Part shown: positions 46,901 through 60,880 of the stretch, piece by piece
Layout: each line of letters opens with the position of its first letter
Position numbering within the stretch: position 1 is the first letter of the stretch
NCBI RefSeq assembly: GCF_036321535.1
Contig: NC_087459.1
Location: 28,768,001 to 28,832,000 of the forward strand
DNA length: 64,000 nt
Source of the DNA: Camelus dromedarius
Lineage: Eukaryota
Direction: 5' to 3'
The notes under the pieces: model-generated
What the model was told of the DNA's origin: nothing
Databases searched by the model: none
What the model saw: the letters and a program-made list of their open reading frames with translations, nothing else
Program-made: the position numbers and the translations under genes

Positions 46901-49900
46901 TTGGGCCCACTCTGGGGAGCTCATGGGGAAGGCGATGACGCTGTGGAGAGAGACCTGCCGGCAGCTGAAGGTAGCCAGGGGGTGGGGCCGCCCTTTCCCA
47001 GGTGTCTGGGGTCGTGGGGGATGTGCTCCCCTTCTCTGGGGAAAGGAAATGCACTGGAGGTCACAGGGAGGGCAGAGTTAGAGCCCACTTCCATGGTATG
47101 AGGGGCATAGGGGACTGTCTCCCCCTTCTCTGGACTCCCCCAATGTCACCGTCCTCTCTTCGCTCTGTTTAGGAGATGACATGAGGGGAATGCAGCTGAG
47201 TCCTGGGGTGGGCTCACCCCCTGGCCCACCAGGAGATCTGGAAGATGATGAAGGCTTGAAGCACCTGCAGCAGGTGGGGGGGCCTGAGACAGCTTTAGGG
47301 ACCCTCCCGTATCTGGGAGACAGAGAGCCTTTGTTCCTTTTGTCCTTACCATGGTTCCCAGCTTTTCCCCATCTGTCCCGCTGTGTTCAGGACCTGACCT
47401 CTTGACCCCACCCAACCTTAGCCCCAGCCCCGTCCCAGTGTTGATGGGATTAGACAGTTGAGACTTCCCTCTCTCCCTGGGCTCCCAGGAGGCGGAGAAG
47501 CTCGTGGCCTCCCTGCAGGACAGCTCTCTGGAGGAGGAGCAGTTCACAGCTGCCATACAGGCCCAGGGCCTGCGCCACTCTGCAGCTGCCACTGCCCTCC
47601 CCCTCAGCCACGGCGCAGCCCGGAAGTGGTTCTACAAGGACCCGCAGGGGGAGATCCAAGGTGCCCAAGGGGAATGGGGGACACTGGGGGTGCTGCTGAG
47701 GCCAAGGGACAGCACCATTTCTATCGAGGGCTTCTCTGGTGCACCTTCCTGACCATGGTCCCCCTTCCCTTGGTCCAGGCCCCTTCACGACCCAAGAGAT
47801 GGCAGAGTGGTTCCAGGCAGGCTACTTCTCCATGGCCCTGCTGGTGAAGCGGGGCTGTGATGAGGGCTTCCAGCCACTGGGTGAGGTGATCAAGATGTGG
47901 GGTCGTGTGCCCTTTGCCCCAGGGCCCTCACCACCCCCACTGCTGGTGAGCATTTGCCCCTTAGTGTGGAGCAGGGACGGGAGGCGCGAGCCTCATGGAC
48001 GGCGGTGGGTGGTGCAGAGCAAGACAAGGTCAAAGCTGCGGGAATGCTCTCACTCACGCAGGGAAACATGGACCAGGAGCGGCTGAAGAAGCAGCAAGAG
48101 CTGGCAGCAGCCGCCTTGTACCAGCAGCTGCAGCACCAGCAGTTTCTTCAGCTGGTCAGCAGGTATGGGGGGCCTAGCGGGGCTTGTGAGTAGGGCCAGC
48201 GCTGGTCCTGTGGCCTGCCCCCTCACGCACGCCTGCATCTCAGCAGTCGCCAGCTCCCGCAGTGCGCACTCCGGGAAAAGGCAGCTCTGGGGGATGTGCC
48301 GCCGCCGCAGCAGCTCGCCGCGTTCCTGCAGCAGCTCCAAGCTCTCAAAGCCCCCAGGTCTGTGGGCTGCTCCGCCTCTCGCTTAGCAGTCTTTGCGTGG
48401 CTGCACGTGTGAGAGCCCACCGGCTGTGGGAAGGGGGAGGTGGGGAGACGGGCTTTAGGCTGAGCGGCAGTGCTCTGCTCTTCAGGGGTGGGGACCAGAA
48501 TCTGCTCCCGACGATGAACCGGTCTTTGTCGGTGCCAGACTCGGGCCCTCTCTGGGACATACATACCTCAGCCTCATCACAGTCAGGTGTGTGTCCAGCC
48601 AGTTCCCCGCCCTGACCCGTTCTGAGTCCCAGTGTCCCTTCCCCGGGTCTTGAGCAGGTGGGGAGCTGGGGTCTGCGCCTCCCCTTGCGCCCTACAGCCA
48701 GGGGATCTGAGCTCTCTCCTGCAGCTGCCTTTATCCCCTGCAGGCGGTGAGGCCAGTCTTTGGGACATACCAATTAACTCTTCGACTCAGGGTCCAATTC
48801 TAGAACAACTCCAGCTGCAACATAAAGTGAGTGGGTGCCCTGGGCTGGAATGCTTGGGTGTCGGGGGGCTGGGCCCAGTCTGGGAAGGCATGACCCCTGA
48901 TCACCATGGCTCCAGTTCCAGGAGCGCAGAGAAGTGGAGCTCAGGGCGAAGCGGGAGGAGGAGGAGCGAAAGCGCCGGGAGGAGAAGCGCCGCCAGCAGC
49001 AGCAGCAGGAGGAAGAGGAGTTGTTTCGGCGCAAGCAGGTCGGGGCCCAGCTGAACCCTTAGCCCGCCCAGGCGGGGCGAGGGGCCGGCCGCCGGCCTCA
49101 CCGCGTCTTTGCTTCAGGTGCGGCAGCAGGAGCTGCTGCTGAAGCTGCTGCAGCAGCAGCAGGCGGTGGCCGCTGTCCCTGTGCCTCCTGCGCCCAGTTC
49201 CCCGCCCCCACTGTGGGCCGGCCTGGCCAAGCAGGGACTGTCCATGAAGACGCTGCTGGAGCTGCAGCTGGAGGGCGAGCGGCAGATGCACAAGCAGCCC
49301 CCGCCTCGGGAGCCGTCTCGGGCCCAGGCCCCCAACCACCGTGTGGTGAGCAGGCCGGGCCCGGTCCCCACTGACCAGCACCCTGGGGCCCTGGGACACC
49401 CCTTCCAGTCCACTCCCAGGGTGACTCCAGGGTGGGCGCGCACTGGTCCAGGTGGGACTCTGGACCCTCTCTTCTGTGCAGCCCTCGCCCTGCCCCCCTT
49501 TGCCGCCTGAAGGAACGTTCCCACTCAGCATTCTTGAGTGTGTGTGTTCTTTTTTTGGGCCACCTTGACTTCTGCCATCTGTAGCAGCTCGGGGGCCTGG
49601 GTGCCGCCCCCCTGAACCAGTGGGTATCTGAGGCTGGGCCGCTGTGGGGCGGGCCCGACAAGAGTGGGGGCAGCAGCAGCCTGGGACTCTGGGAGGACAC
49701 CCTCAAGAGCAGCGGGAGCCTGGCCCGCAGCCTGGGCCTGAAGAACAGCCGCAGCAGCCCCTCTCTCAGGTGGGTGCCAGGGCCTGCAGGGCCCAGGCCA
49801 CGGCCCGGGGGGAAGGATACGGGACACCTGAGTTAATTTCTTGCCTCTCATTCACCCTCATCCCGCTCAGTGACTCGTACAGCCACCTGTCAGGTCGGCC

Positions 49901-50641
49901 TGTGCGCAAAAAGACAGAGGAGGAAGAGAAGCTGTTGAAGCTGCTGCAGGGCATCCCTCGGCCCCAGGATGGCTTCACCCAGTGGTGTGAGCAGATGCTG
50001 CACACGCTGAGTACCACAGGCAGCCTGGACGGTAAGGCAGTGCTCCCTGGGAAGCCGGGCCAGGGGTTCCAGACCTGCGTCTGGTGGGCCCTGACAGCTG
50101 CCTCCTGTCNNNNNNNNNNNNNNNNNNNNNNNNNNNNNNNNNNNNNNNNNNNNNNNNNNNNNNNNNNNNNNNNNNNNNNNNNNNNNNNNNNNNNNNNNNN
50201 NNNNNNNNNNNNNNNNNNNNNNNNNNNNNNNNNNNNNNNNNNNNNNNNNNNNNNNNNNNNNNNNNNNNNNNNNNNNNNNNNNNNNNNNNNNNNNNNCCCT
50301 GGCCAGAGGGGGTGAGGGCTCCCAGCGCCCTCCTGACTTGCCCTCTCTCTCTGCTGCCTTGCAGGAGGCTTGGCTGAGCAGCAGCTCCCTGCAGACGGCC
50401 TTTCAGACCAACCACAGCACCAAACTCGGCCCTGGGGAGGGCAGCAAGGCCAAGAGGCGGGCACTGATGCTGCACTCGGACCCCAGCATCTTGGGTGAGT
50501 TTGGGGGTGGAGCTGGGAGAATGGTCCTCCCTCAGTGCCGGACAGGAGCTGGGTGGGAGAGCTCAAACCCAGCTTCCCCTGGCTTCAGGGTACTCCCTGC
50601 ATGGACCTTCTGGTGAGATCGAGAGCGTGGATGACTACTGA
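43987..50641 (+). CDS. GIGYF1: GRB10-interacting GYF protein 1 (4EHP/DDX6-binding translational repressor), about 1020-1030 aa
   Basis: Exons 43987-44021, 44108-44237 (YRYGREEML 4EHP motif), 44336-44431, 44595-44706, 44819-44927, 45229-45269, 45488-45658, 45865-46118, 46248-46356, 46833-46970, 47173-47273, 47489-47660, 47779-47945 (GYF domain across these last two), 48062-48162, 48247-48357, 48486-48586, 48744-48826, 48916-49038, 49118-49345, 49585-49769, 49871-50031, one exon inferred in gap 50110-50296, 50365-50494, 50589-50641 (EIESVDDY*). All phases are consistent. Confidence 0.97.
50110..50296. other. Assembly gap hiding one GIGYF1 coding exon; other gaps at 4029-4175, 38261-38436, 53761-53892 and 55865-56070
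   Basis: N-runs. The flanks show a pyrimidine tract entering the gap, and the missing peptide (recalled VPMAVAILKEVES...RQQQQ) fits the gap size. Confidence 0.9.
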
Positions 50642-52899
50642 CCAGCCCGTCCCACCAGCGCCCCGGGTTATAGGCCGAGGGCAGCGGCAGCAGCTTGGAC
50701 CTCTGGGTCCCCAGCCTGCAGGCTCCCCACGAGGAGCATAGGAGGAAGCAGGGGCAGGGTCCCCAGCACTTGTTACAAACCACACGATGCACCTTAACTC
50801 ACCCACCACGAGGCACTTTACAGATTGGGGGAAAGGGTTTTTTTTTTCTTTCTTTTTTAAAAATTTTAAACAACATTGAAGAAAACATAAGGAGATGAAA
50901 AAATTGTTTAAGAACTAGACTCTAAGCACCCCTTTCCCTTTTGGGGATAGAAGGAGTGCAGTGGATGATCCACAGAGGTTTTTTGGGGGGTTTTGTTGGA
51001 TTTTTTTTTTTTTTGGATTTTTTTTTTTAAGAAAAAAAGAAAAACAATGAAAAAAATTGATTAGGAGACTGAAAGAAAAAACACACTGTTATTTTGGGGC
51101 AGTGGGGACATGGGCCCCACAGACCTGTCCTGCCTGGCCCCTGAGGCTGCACTTCCCCTCCCCACCCCACGAGGTGGGCCACTGGGGTAACTGGAAGCTG
51201 GGGTGCCAGCAGTTTGCACAGCGAGGCCCCCTCAGCCCCGCCGGCCGGACCCGCTGTGAACGGTTCCCTTGTTGCTGTGACTGTGGCAGAGGTGTCTGGG
51301 GTGGGGGCCAACGTCGCCCCTTGGCTTTGCTGCTTTGGGGAAAGTTGCACAAATGGGCTGGGCCGCCTCAGCGCCCCCAGCTGCCATCCTGCGCCGGCTG
51401 ACAGGGTGGACGGGAGAGGGCCAGCGGTGCCAACCTCATCTGGCTGTCAGGCCGGCAGAACTTCCACTCTGGCCCTGGTGAGGGTCTTCCCCCACCGCTG
51501 CCATTCGGGGGACCGCCTGGGTGTGAAGCTGAAAGCCCCAGCTCCCTGCCTTGCCACATGAATGTATTCTCTGGGCCGTGAGCCCCTGCTGCGCCCCCTG
51601 CCTCAACATTGAGGAGGTGGGGGCGGAGCAGTTCCTCCAGGAGCTGGAGAGAGAGGCACCACTTAATGACTGTTGTTTTTCCTGTGAAGGGGGCAGAGGA
51701 GGGGCCCAGGAGGCCGCAGAAGTGGGCAGCTTGGGGCTTCAGGTTGCAGTACGGGCCTGCTGTTAGAAGGGAGCCCCTCACCTGCAGCTGGCTGTGTGGG
51801 ATGTGGACTACCCAGCTCTGCCCCGCCCCTCCATTGACCAAATGGGAGAGGAGCAGGTGGCCTCTCCCCTCCCTGCTCCCCTGATGTTTTTAATGTTGGG
51901 TAAGGTGGGGGGTCAAGAATGGGAGTGTCTATGTCTCTCCCGGGTCGGGTCGGGGGTGGGCTACCCTTTGCCACCTTCTTATTCCCGATCACCTACCTGG
52001 GTTTGTCTCCATTCGTGGTTTTTTTGGTTTTTTTTTCTTTTTTTAAATTTTGTTGTATCTTTTTGGTTTCTCATCTAACTTCTCCCATCAACCTCATTGC
52101 TCAGAGCGCGGTATTAGGGCAAGATTTCTGCCACTGCCTCCCTTCCATGAATGTATTTATCCTTCCTGCCGTGGGGAAATGGGGAGTGACCCCAGTTTTC
52201 TTTCCCCATCTAGCCCCAGAGAGATGATTTTTTTTTTTGCACCAAAGTGGCAACTGGGTCAGTGTTGGGGGGTAAAGCTGGCCTCGGGGGTGGAGGGGCC
52301 CCCTCCACCTGCTTCTCCCTGGCTTCAACAGTGTTAGCGTCCGTGAAAAGACAATATTCTCTCTAAAGCAATAAGGGGGTGATGGGCCAGGGGGAAATGT
52401 CTTGCTGCTGCTGGCCCCCCAGCTCCCCCTTTCCTCAAGCCAGTATTTGGCGGCATTAGAGGTGGGGGGGTACTGTTGTGACTGAATGTAACTGCCCCCA
52501 CCCCTGCCGCAGCCAATGCAGGGGAGGGGGGATGACACTTCCCTGTCTCTTCCTTCCCCTCCCCCCCAGCTAAAGAGACTTTGAACTTGGGGGCCCTTGA
52601 GCCTGGAGAGGCCTTAACCCTGTGAGGAAGTGTAGGGGGAGCCCTCTCCCACCCCCATCCCCTTCTGAGAGTGGTCAATGTTTACAAGTCCCTGAGCCCC
52701 CCAGCCCAGGGACTCAGCCCCCTTGCTGTCCTTCCCTAGCCCATCTTCCTGGGCCCCAGCAGCTCTCCTGCCCTTCCTGGGGTTAGGGTGGGTGCAGGGG
52801 TCATTCTGTATCCTGTTGTCTGCCTTGTACCCATAATCTCCCATACCCTGTGTGACTCCCCTCTCTTCTACCCGCCCCTGTAAATACTCCCCTTCCCCC

Positions 52900-52905
52900 A
52901 ATAAA
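52900..52905 (+). terminator. GIGYF1: GIGYF1 poly(A) signal AATAAA (3'UTR about 2.3 kb)
   Basis: AATAAA followed by GT/T-rich sequence (cttggtgtgtgttctcctctctgtctct). Confidence 0.75.
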
Positions 52906-53240
52906 ACTTGGTGTGTGTTCTCCTCTCTGTCTCTGAGTCTTTTCTTGGGGGAAGGGGAAGGTGGGGATGAGAGGCAAAGCTCAGAGCTGGGAACTGAGCC
53001 TTGGGCAGAGGTGGTTCTGGTCGGTCAGCCCAACAGGGCCAGGCTAGAACTGGGAGAGTTGGGGGTGTGGGGACACCTGTGACCCGCTGGGGGAGGAGGT
53101 CCTCCTGCCTGTGACTTGGCTTTAGTCTGGGGAAGAGTGAGCACTGCCCCTGCCGGCCACTCTGTCTTCAGGGACAGAGAACTAGAGGAAGGAAGACACG
53201 AGCAAGGGTACAGACCAGGTACAGAGTTGGAATTGGTTCC

Positions 53241-53246
53241 TTTATG
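53241..53246 (-). terminator. GNB2: Probable GNB2 variant poly(A) signal CATAAA
   Basis: Minus strand ...ttttcagtttttcCATAAAggaaccaattcc after a U-rich tract, about 345 nt past the stop codon. Confidence 0.5.
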
Positions 53247-53591
53247 GAAAAACTGAAAATATAATAAAAATTAAAATAAAACCAGTTTTAAAAAAGCCAG
53301 CCCCTGGAGCTTCCACCTCCTGCCTCTGGCCCTCCAGAGGGATGAGGCCCTAACCCCAGGGCAGCAAAAGGATGAGGGCTTTCTGCCCCTCCTCTTCCCC
53401 CATTCTATCCCCATCTTAATCTCCACAGTGGGGGCCTTGGGAGGAACCAAACCTGGGTAGGGGAGTAGGGACCCAAGGCCCCGTGGCCTGGGGAGGGAGG
53501 CTTGGTATACACCCAGCCCCAAAGCTCCCGGCCTGTAGTGTGGGCACGGGCAGGGCCCCTCCTAGCCTGGGTGCAGCTGGGATTGGGGCTG

Positions 53592-55674
<2,083 letters not shown>

Positions 55675-56069
55675 CTATAAGAGATGGCAGAGCCAGTCAG
55701 ACAGAGGCAGGAGAAGAGATGGGCAGGGAAGGAGACGGAAGACAACAGAAGGGGAGTGGAGAGGATGAGACTAAGAGATTACCGTACCCGTCCCCCAAAA
55801 CCCCTCCCCTGGCCCAGTCCACACAAGCCACCCGGCCCTGCCCGCTCAGCCTCCCCAGCTTGGCNNNNNNNNNNNNNNNNNNNNNNNNNNNNNNNNNNNN
55901 NNNNNNNNNNNNNNNNNNNNNNNNNNNNNNNNNNNNNNNNNNNNNNNNNNNNNNNNNNNNNNNNNNNNNNNNNNNNNNNNNNNNNNNNNNNNNNNNNNNN
56001 NNNNNNNNNNNNNNNNNNNNNNNNNNNNNNNNNNNNNNNNNNNNNNNNNNNNNNNNNNNNCGGGGGTAG

Positions 56070-58950
56070 AAGGGGGAAAGGCGGGGTTGAAGCGCTGCCC
56101 GGAAGGGGTAAGCACCGGTCGGAGTAGGGAGGAGGAGGAGGCGGCAGCGGTGGCGTGGTCCCCGGGACAGAGCCAGGGTCTCTGGCACAGGAGAGACAGT
56201 TGCCGAGAACAGCTGACTTCCCCAATCTTCCTCCCGCCCCCCGGAAACGGAGCGGGAAGCGCAAGAGGAAGCGCAGGGGAAACCCCTCCCTCGGACAGCA
56301 GCCCGGGCGGGACACTCGCGGCAGGAACTGGGGGCCGGAGGTGGGGGGGGGGGGTAGTCCCTTCGAAAACAGACCTGGCGTCTTCCCGGGCCCGCAGAGG
56401 CACCGCCCTCCTAGCGCCTAATTTTAAAAGGGGCGGTGCCTCTTTAAATGCACCCCCACACGCCGCACACCCTCCACACACACCCCCAGCTGGGGGTGGG
56501 GGAGACCAGAGGGGAAAGATGGGCTGTTCGTGGGGTTGCCTAGGCAACCGTCACCCGGACTGAGAGCACCTCATTGGTGAAGTGCCCCCACCCTAGCCCG
56601 GTTGCCAAGGCAACCGCATCCACGGCAGAGACCTGTAGGGTGGGTGACCCCACCCCCGGCCCCATCGCCCCCGCCCGACCCAGCCTCCCGCCCCTCCCCA
56701 GAACGGGCCAAGGTGGCTGTTTACAGGATTTGGGAAAAGCCGATTGGGCGCTAATAGGTTCGGGACGGCTCACCCCGGATTATCCCTGGACCGGCTGCGC
56801 CCCATTAGCCGCGCGGCGAGGGGAGGCGAGGGTGGCGGGGAAGGCAGCCCCAAGCCGTTGTTCCCTCCAGTGCCGAGGCCGCTCGCCCCGACGCGCCCGC
56901 ATAAAGCCCGTGGGAGCCGCTCTCCAGTAATTAGGGCTCTGAAGACAGGTCCCCGGCCCCGCGGCGCGGAGCTGCTCTCTCCCAGACGCCGGCGGGCGGG
57001 CGGGCGGCCCCAGGCGGCCCGGCACCTGAGCCCTAGTTTCCCCAAGAGCCCAGCCCGTGGGCTCCGCGCCGGGGCCCCAGGGGCCTGGCTGGCTTCGCTC
57101 CAAGGCCTGGAGTCCTGCCCCACCTTTTGGACACCTGTGTGATCTGACCACGCACACTGCACTCTGCCGACCCAGGCGTCCCCCACCCTGCTCCCACTTC
57201 CCCCAGGCCCTGGGCGTTCCTCTTCCCCACTGACATTTCCCCTGTCAGTTCAGCTTTCTACACCAGAGCCAGAGGACGACCCTCCAAAAAAGGGAGGGGG
57301 TAGAGCCCCCCGCCCCCACGCCCCAGCTCCGGACAAAGCCCCTTCCTTCCAGCCGCCAGCAGCCCAGGCCGGACGACAACGCTAGAGGCTCTGGGCAGAA
57401 GGAAACAAGCCAGGAGGAAGCCGCTGGGGGCGGGGGCGACGCTCCCAGCCCTCAATCCCCATCACCCGCCAGGGCCCCCTCGGCGGCCCCTGATTCTGGG
57501 CATATAGCAGCAGGAGCCCTAAGGAAAAATGGGGGTGCGACCGCCTCCCCAGGTCTGGCAGGGCGAAGGGGAGAGCACAAGAGAGGGTCCCCGGATCTGC
57601 CAGCTGGAAGGCGCGGGCCGGTGCCGCGCTGCGAAGCGCAGTGGGCCTGGCCCTCCGGCCCCCACGACCTCCATTTTGCCCAAAAGAAAACTAGGCGGGG
57701 GGTGGGGACTCCCGGGAGCTAAGCGTGGGGTTGGTTAGGACTACTAAAGGGAATAGGGCGCCGAGATCTCCAGTCTAGGGTAATGGGGCCAGAAGACACA
57801 GGCAGAACCCAGATTGAGGGTGGAGATGAAGGGAAGGGTGGCCTCGCGGCCTTGCCTGCCTCTGAGGATTCTGGAGTTTTGCAAGGCGAATGCCGACGGG
57901 GGTGCGAAATGGAAGGACACGAGGGGCGCTACCCAGGGGCAGGCAGGAGGGTGGGGGGGTGGAAGGGGGCGGGACGGGGCCTAGAGGAAGCCACGAATTT
58001 AGCCCCCCCAACTTTTCTGGGACCAAGAGGCAGGTAGGGCTGGGATGGGGTCTAGGGTCCGGCAAAAAAAAAAAAAACCCCGACGATGCAGGGAACGTGT
58101 GCGTTTACTCGGGGCGAGGGTCCCCCCAGTTCCCCTTCCGGGTTTGCGAGCGACGGGGCCAGAAGAAGGGAGAGGAGGTCTGGGGAGTTACGTCCGCTCC
58201 CGAGAGGCCAGACCGGGGAGACAGGCGGAAGAGAGGTTCCCCCCATGGGAATTTGGGGCTGGGGGGGATGAGGACTCCTTTTATCAGCGGAGGTACCTGT
58301 GGCGATGGGACTCTGCAGAGGGTCGCTAGAAGACCGCGGGAGGTCCTGTCTTCCTCCGCGGCGGAGGCGGCAGCGGCGGCAGCGGCGGCGACGCGGATGG
58401 ATTTCCTCAGTCACCCCAACTCAACAGTCCAGCGCTGCTCTCCCCAGAGCGGAGGGATCCCGCCCGCCAGTGACGCGGCCGGCGCCGCCGCGCCCAGGGC
58501 CCGGCTGGGCGAGACCAACTACTCCGTGGGGGGAGGTCCGAAGGAAAAATACCACTTAAGGGGTAAAGAGTGACCCCGTCGCAACCAAGATATTATCCCA
58601 CACTATTTCGACGCAAAACGGACCAAAACAAATGCTTTGCTTCCCGAAAAGGTGCAAGACATCCCCCCCGGGACCGGCAGAGGTGGTACGGGCATAAAGG
58701 AGGGCGAAACCTCTTGCTGGTCACGTGACCTGCCCACCCGGATTGGGCGGCTCCAGACTGAGAAAGGAAGCTCGACGCCCAAATTCTCAATTTGGCTCCA
58801 CCCCCTGACCGGTTAGGCCACGCCCCTCCGTAGGAGGTGGAGTTACAGAGATTGCTACCCGCGCCTTGCAGGCCCGACGGCCTCTAGGCGGTGGAGGGGA
58901 AGAGCAGCGATTCCGAAGGTCCTCGAGCAGGAGCAGGAAGGAGTGGGGAC
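56070..58950 (-). promoter_or_regulatory. GNB2: GNB2 CpG island, non-coding exon 1 (about 58297-58420) and promoter
   Basis: (GCC)-rich exon ending cgccacag|gtacc at 58297; upstream GGTCACGTGACC palindrome at 58719-58730, inverted CCAAT (gattgg) at 58741 and GC boxes. Confidence 0.82.
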
Positions 58951-59561
58951 TTGGGCTGGCCCCTGGGAACCCAGGTATGCTGTGAAAACAGCCCTGCCCA
59001 GGCAGTGACCTCGCGTTGCCCAGAGGGCTTTTGTAGAACTCTTTACAGAGCTGCATGACACTGTACTTACAACTCATATTTATTGAGTCCACACTTATTT
59101 AATCCTCACGACAATGCTCTGAAGTTAAGTACGGGCATTGAACCCATTTTATAGCAGTGGAAACAGATTTCTAGGGCTGCAGAGTTGCGATATGAACGAA
59201 GGCAGCTTTATCGACTTTACTGTGTGTAGTGATATCAGTGCTGGCCTCTTGATGAACCCTGCTCTGGACCATCCCTGTAAATGTATTAAAATGTAAGTAT
59301 AGCCCTCAGTTTCCACATCTGTAAAGTGAGAGTGTTGATGGCTACGTGCCCTGCAAGTCATCTTGGACTGATGAGATCCCCGTGGGTTGTGAAAGTGCTT
59401 TGGTAAGTTCAAGTCAAAGAATAGCTTTCATTGAATCCTCATGCAATTTAAAGGTAAAAGTATCAAAACAGACACTTTTCCTTTAGTGTCTATTAAGAGC
59501 ATTACAAGTAGTTTTCAAAGCACCATTTCTTAAAGAAATAAATGTTTTAAAAGGCACATCC

Positions 59562-59686
59562 GGGGGGAGGGTATAGCTCAAGCAGTAAAGCACATGCTTT
59601 GCATGCATGAGGTCCTGGGTTCAATCCCCAGTACCTCCTCTAAAAATAAATAAGTAAACCTAATTACCTTCCCCCCCCACAAAAAA
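59562..59686 (+). mobile_element. tRNA-Ala-derived SINE (camelid Vic-1-like), full length with target-site duplication
   Basis: Head ggggagggtatagctcaagcagtaaagcacatgctttgcatgcatgaggtcctgggttcaatccccagtacctcc contains A and B boxes, followed by an AT-rich tail and a C/A run. Flanked by AAAAGGCACATCC (59549-59561) and AAAAAGCACATCC (59682-59694). Confidence 0.88.
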
Positions 59687-59959
59687 GCACATCCTTAGTT
59701 AAGCACAAACTCAATTTATGTGCATTAACCCATTCAATGATACATTAGCAGTACATATTAGATGTCAATTAGAAGTTAGAATTTGAAAGGGACCTTATAG
59801 ATAATTTACTTCAATTTCCTCCTCATCTGCAGATGGATAACATGACTTCCCAAAAGTTGCTTAGAAAACTAGCAGCCTTGGACTAGAACCCAATTTTGTT
59901 CATCTCGTTAGGGCATCTGACACGACTTCCTCTCACTTTGACTTCTGTGCTAATATGCT

Positions 59960-60880
59960 TCTTTGTTTTAACTCATTCAGCAAATATTTATTGAGTCCCA
60001 GTGATGTATTAAGCACTGTCTTAGGCACTGATGATATAACCTTGAACTTGTGCACCCTTCCCTGCCTGCAGGGAGCTTACAATCTACAGAGGAAACAGAT
60101 AGTAGATGACCTGGAAATAACTATTAGTACTGGCGGCTTGGAAGTGCTGTTACTGAGAGTAGAACAGTTGGAAGGAGAGACATTTGGGGAGGAAGTTCAA
60201 GAGTTTTAAGTTGGGACGTGAGGTGCTTAGGAGAGGTGCACAGAGAATACTTAGTAGTGGCTGTTGAAGCAGGTCTGGGGCTTAGCAGAAGAGCCTGGGT
60301 TGGAACAGAGCCTTGAGAAGGAATGGCATTTTAGAGCAGATGAAGTCATTAAGAGGTTCAGGGAAAAGACAAGATGGCCTAAAACCAAGCCCTGAGGAAC
60401 TCCAACATTTAAAGGTCAGACAGAGGAGATCAAGCTGCCAAAGAAGCCAGAGAGCTAAAAAGAAAATCAGGAGAATGTGAAGTTCTGGACTCAAACCCAA
60501 AAGAAAAAAGAGTGTTTCCAAAAAGAAATGAGAAACTGTGTTGAATGCTGCAGAGAGAGGCAGCAAGGCTGGACTGGGAAGTGGGCGTAGGATTGACTTC
60601 TGGGGAGGCCACTGGTGATTTTGTCTGGAGCATTTGCAGTGGATACTCTTGTTTGCTGTGGGCTTTGGGCAAGTGAGAAATGAGGCAGTGGAGAAAACCA
60701 AGGTGGCCAAGGCTTTGGGAATCTTGTCTGGGAGGGGGTGTAGGAAAGTGGGGCATCTGTGGGAGGAGAATGTGCAGTCAAGATATTTGTGTTTTGATAG
60801 GAGCTACTGAAGATTGTTTAGGTAATAATGAGGAGGACAGCAAGGAGAGAGAGATGAAGGATGCAGACCGATAGGGGACA
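59960..60880 (-). mobile_element. LINE-2 fragment
   Basis: Begins tcattcagcaaatatttattgagt (reverse L2 terminus) and continues with typical L2 body sequence. Confidence 0.7.

Noticed and set aside
50990-51075. Adjacent poly-T and poly-A tracts in the GIGYF1 3'UTR as a possible hairpin
   Set aside because: Low-complexity pairing is expected by chance; more likely an oligo-dT mispriming site.
59562-59640. Possible functional tRNA-Ala gene
   Set aside because: Stems are degenerate, and it has a SINE tail and a target-site duplication, so it is a SINE.
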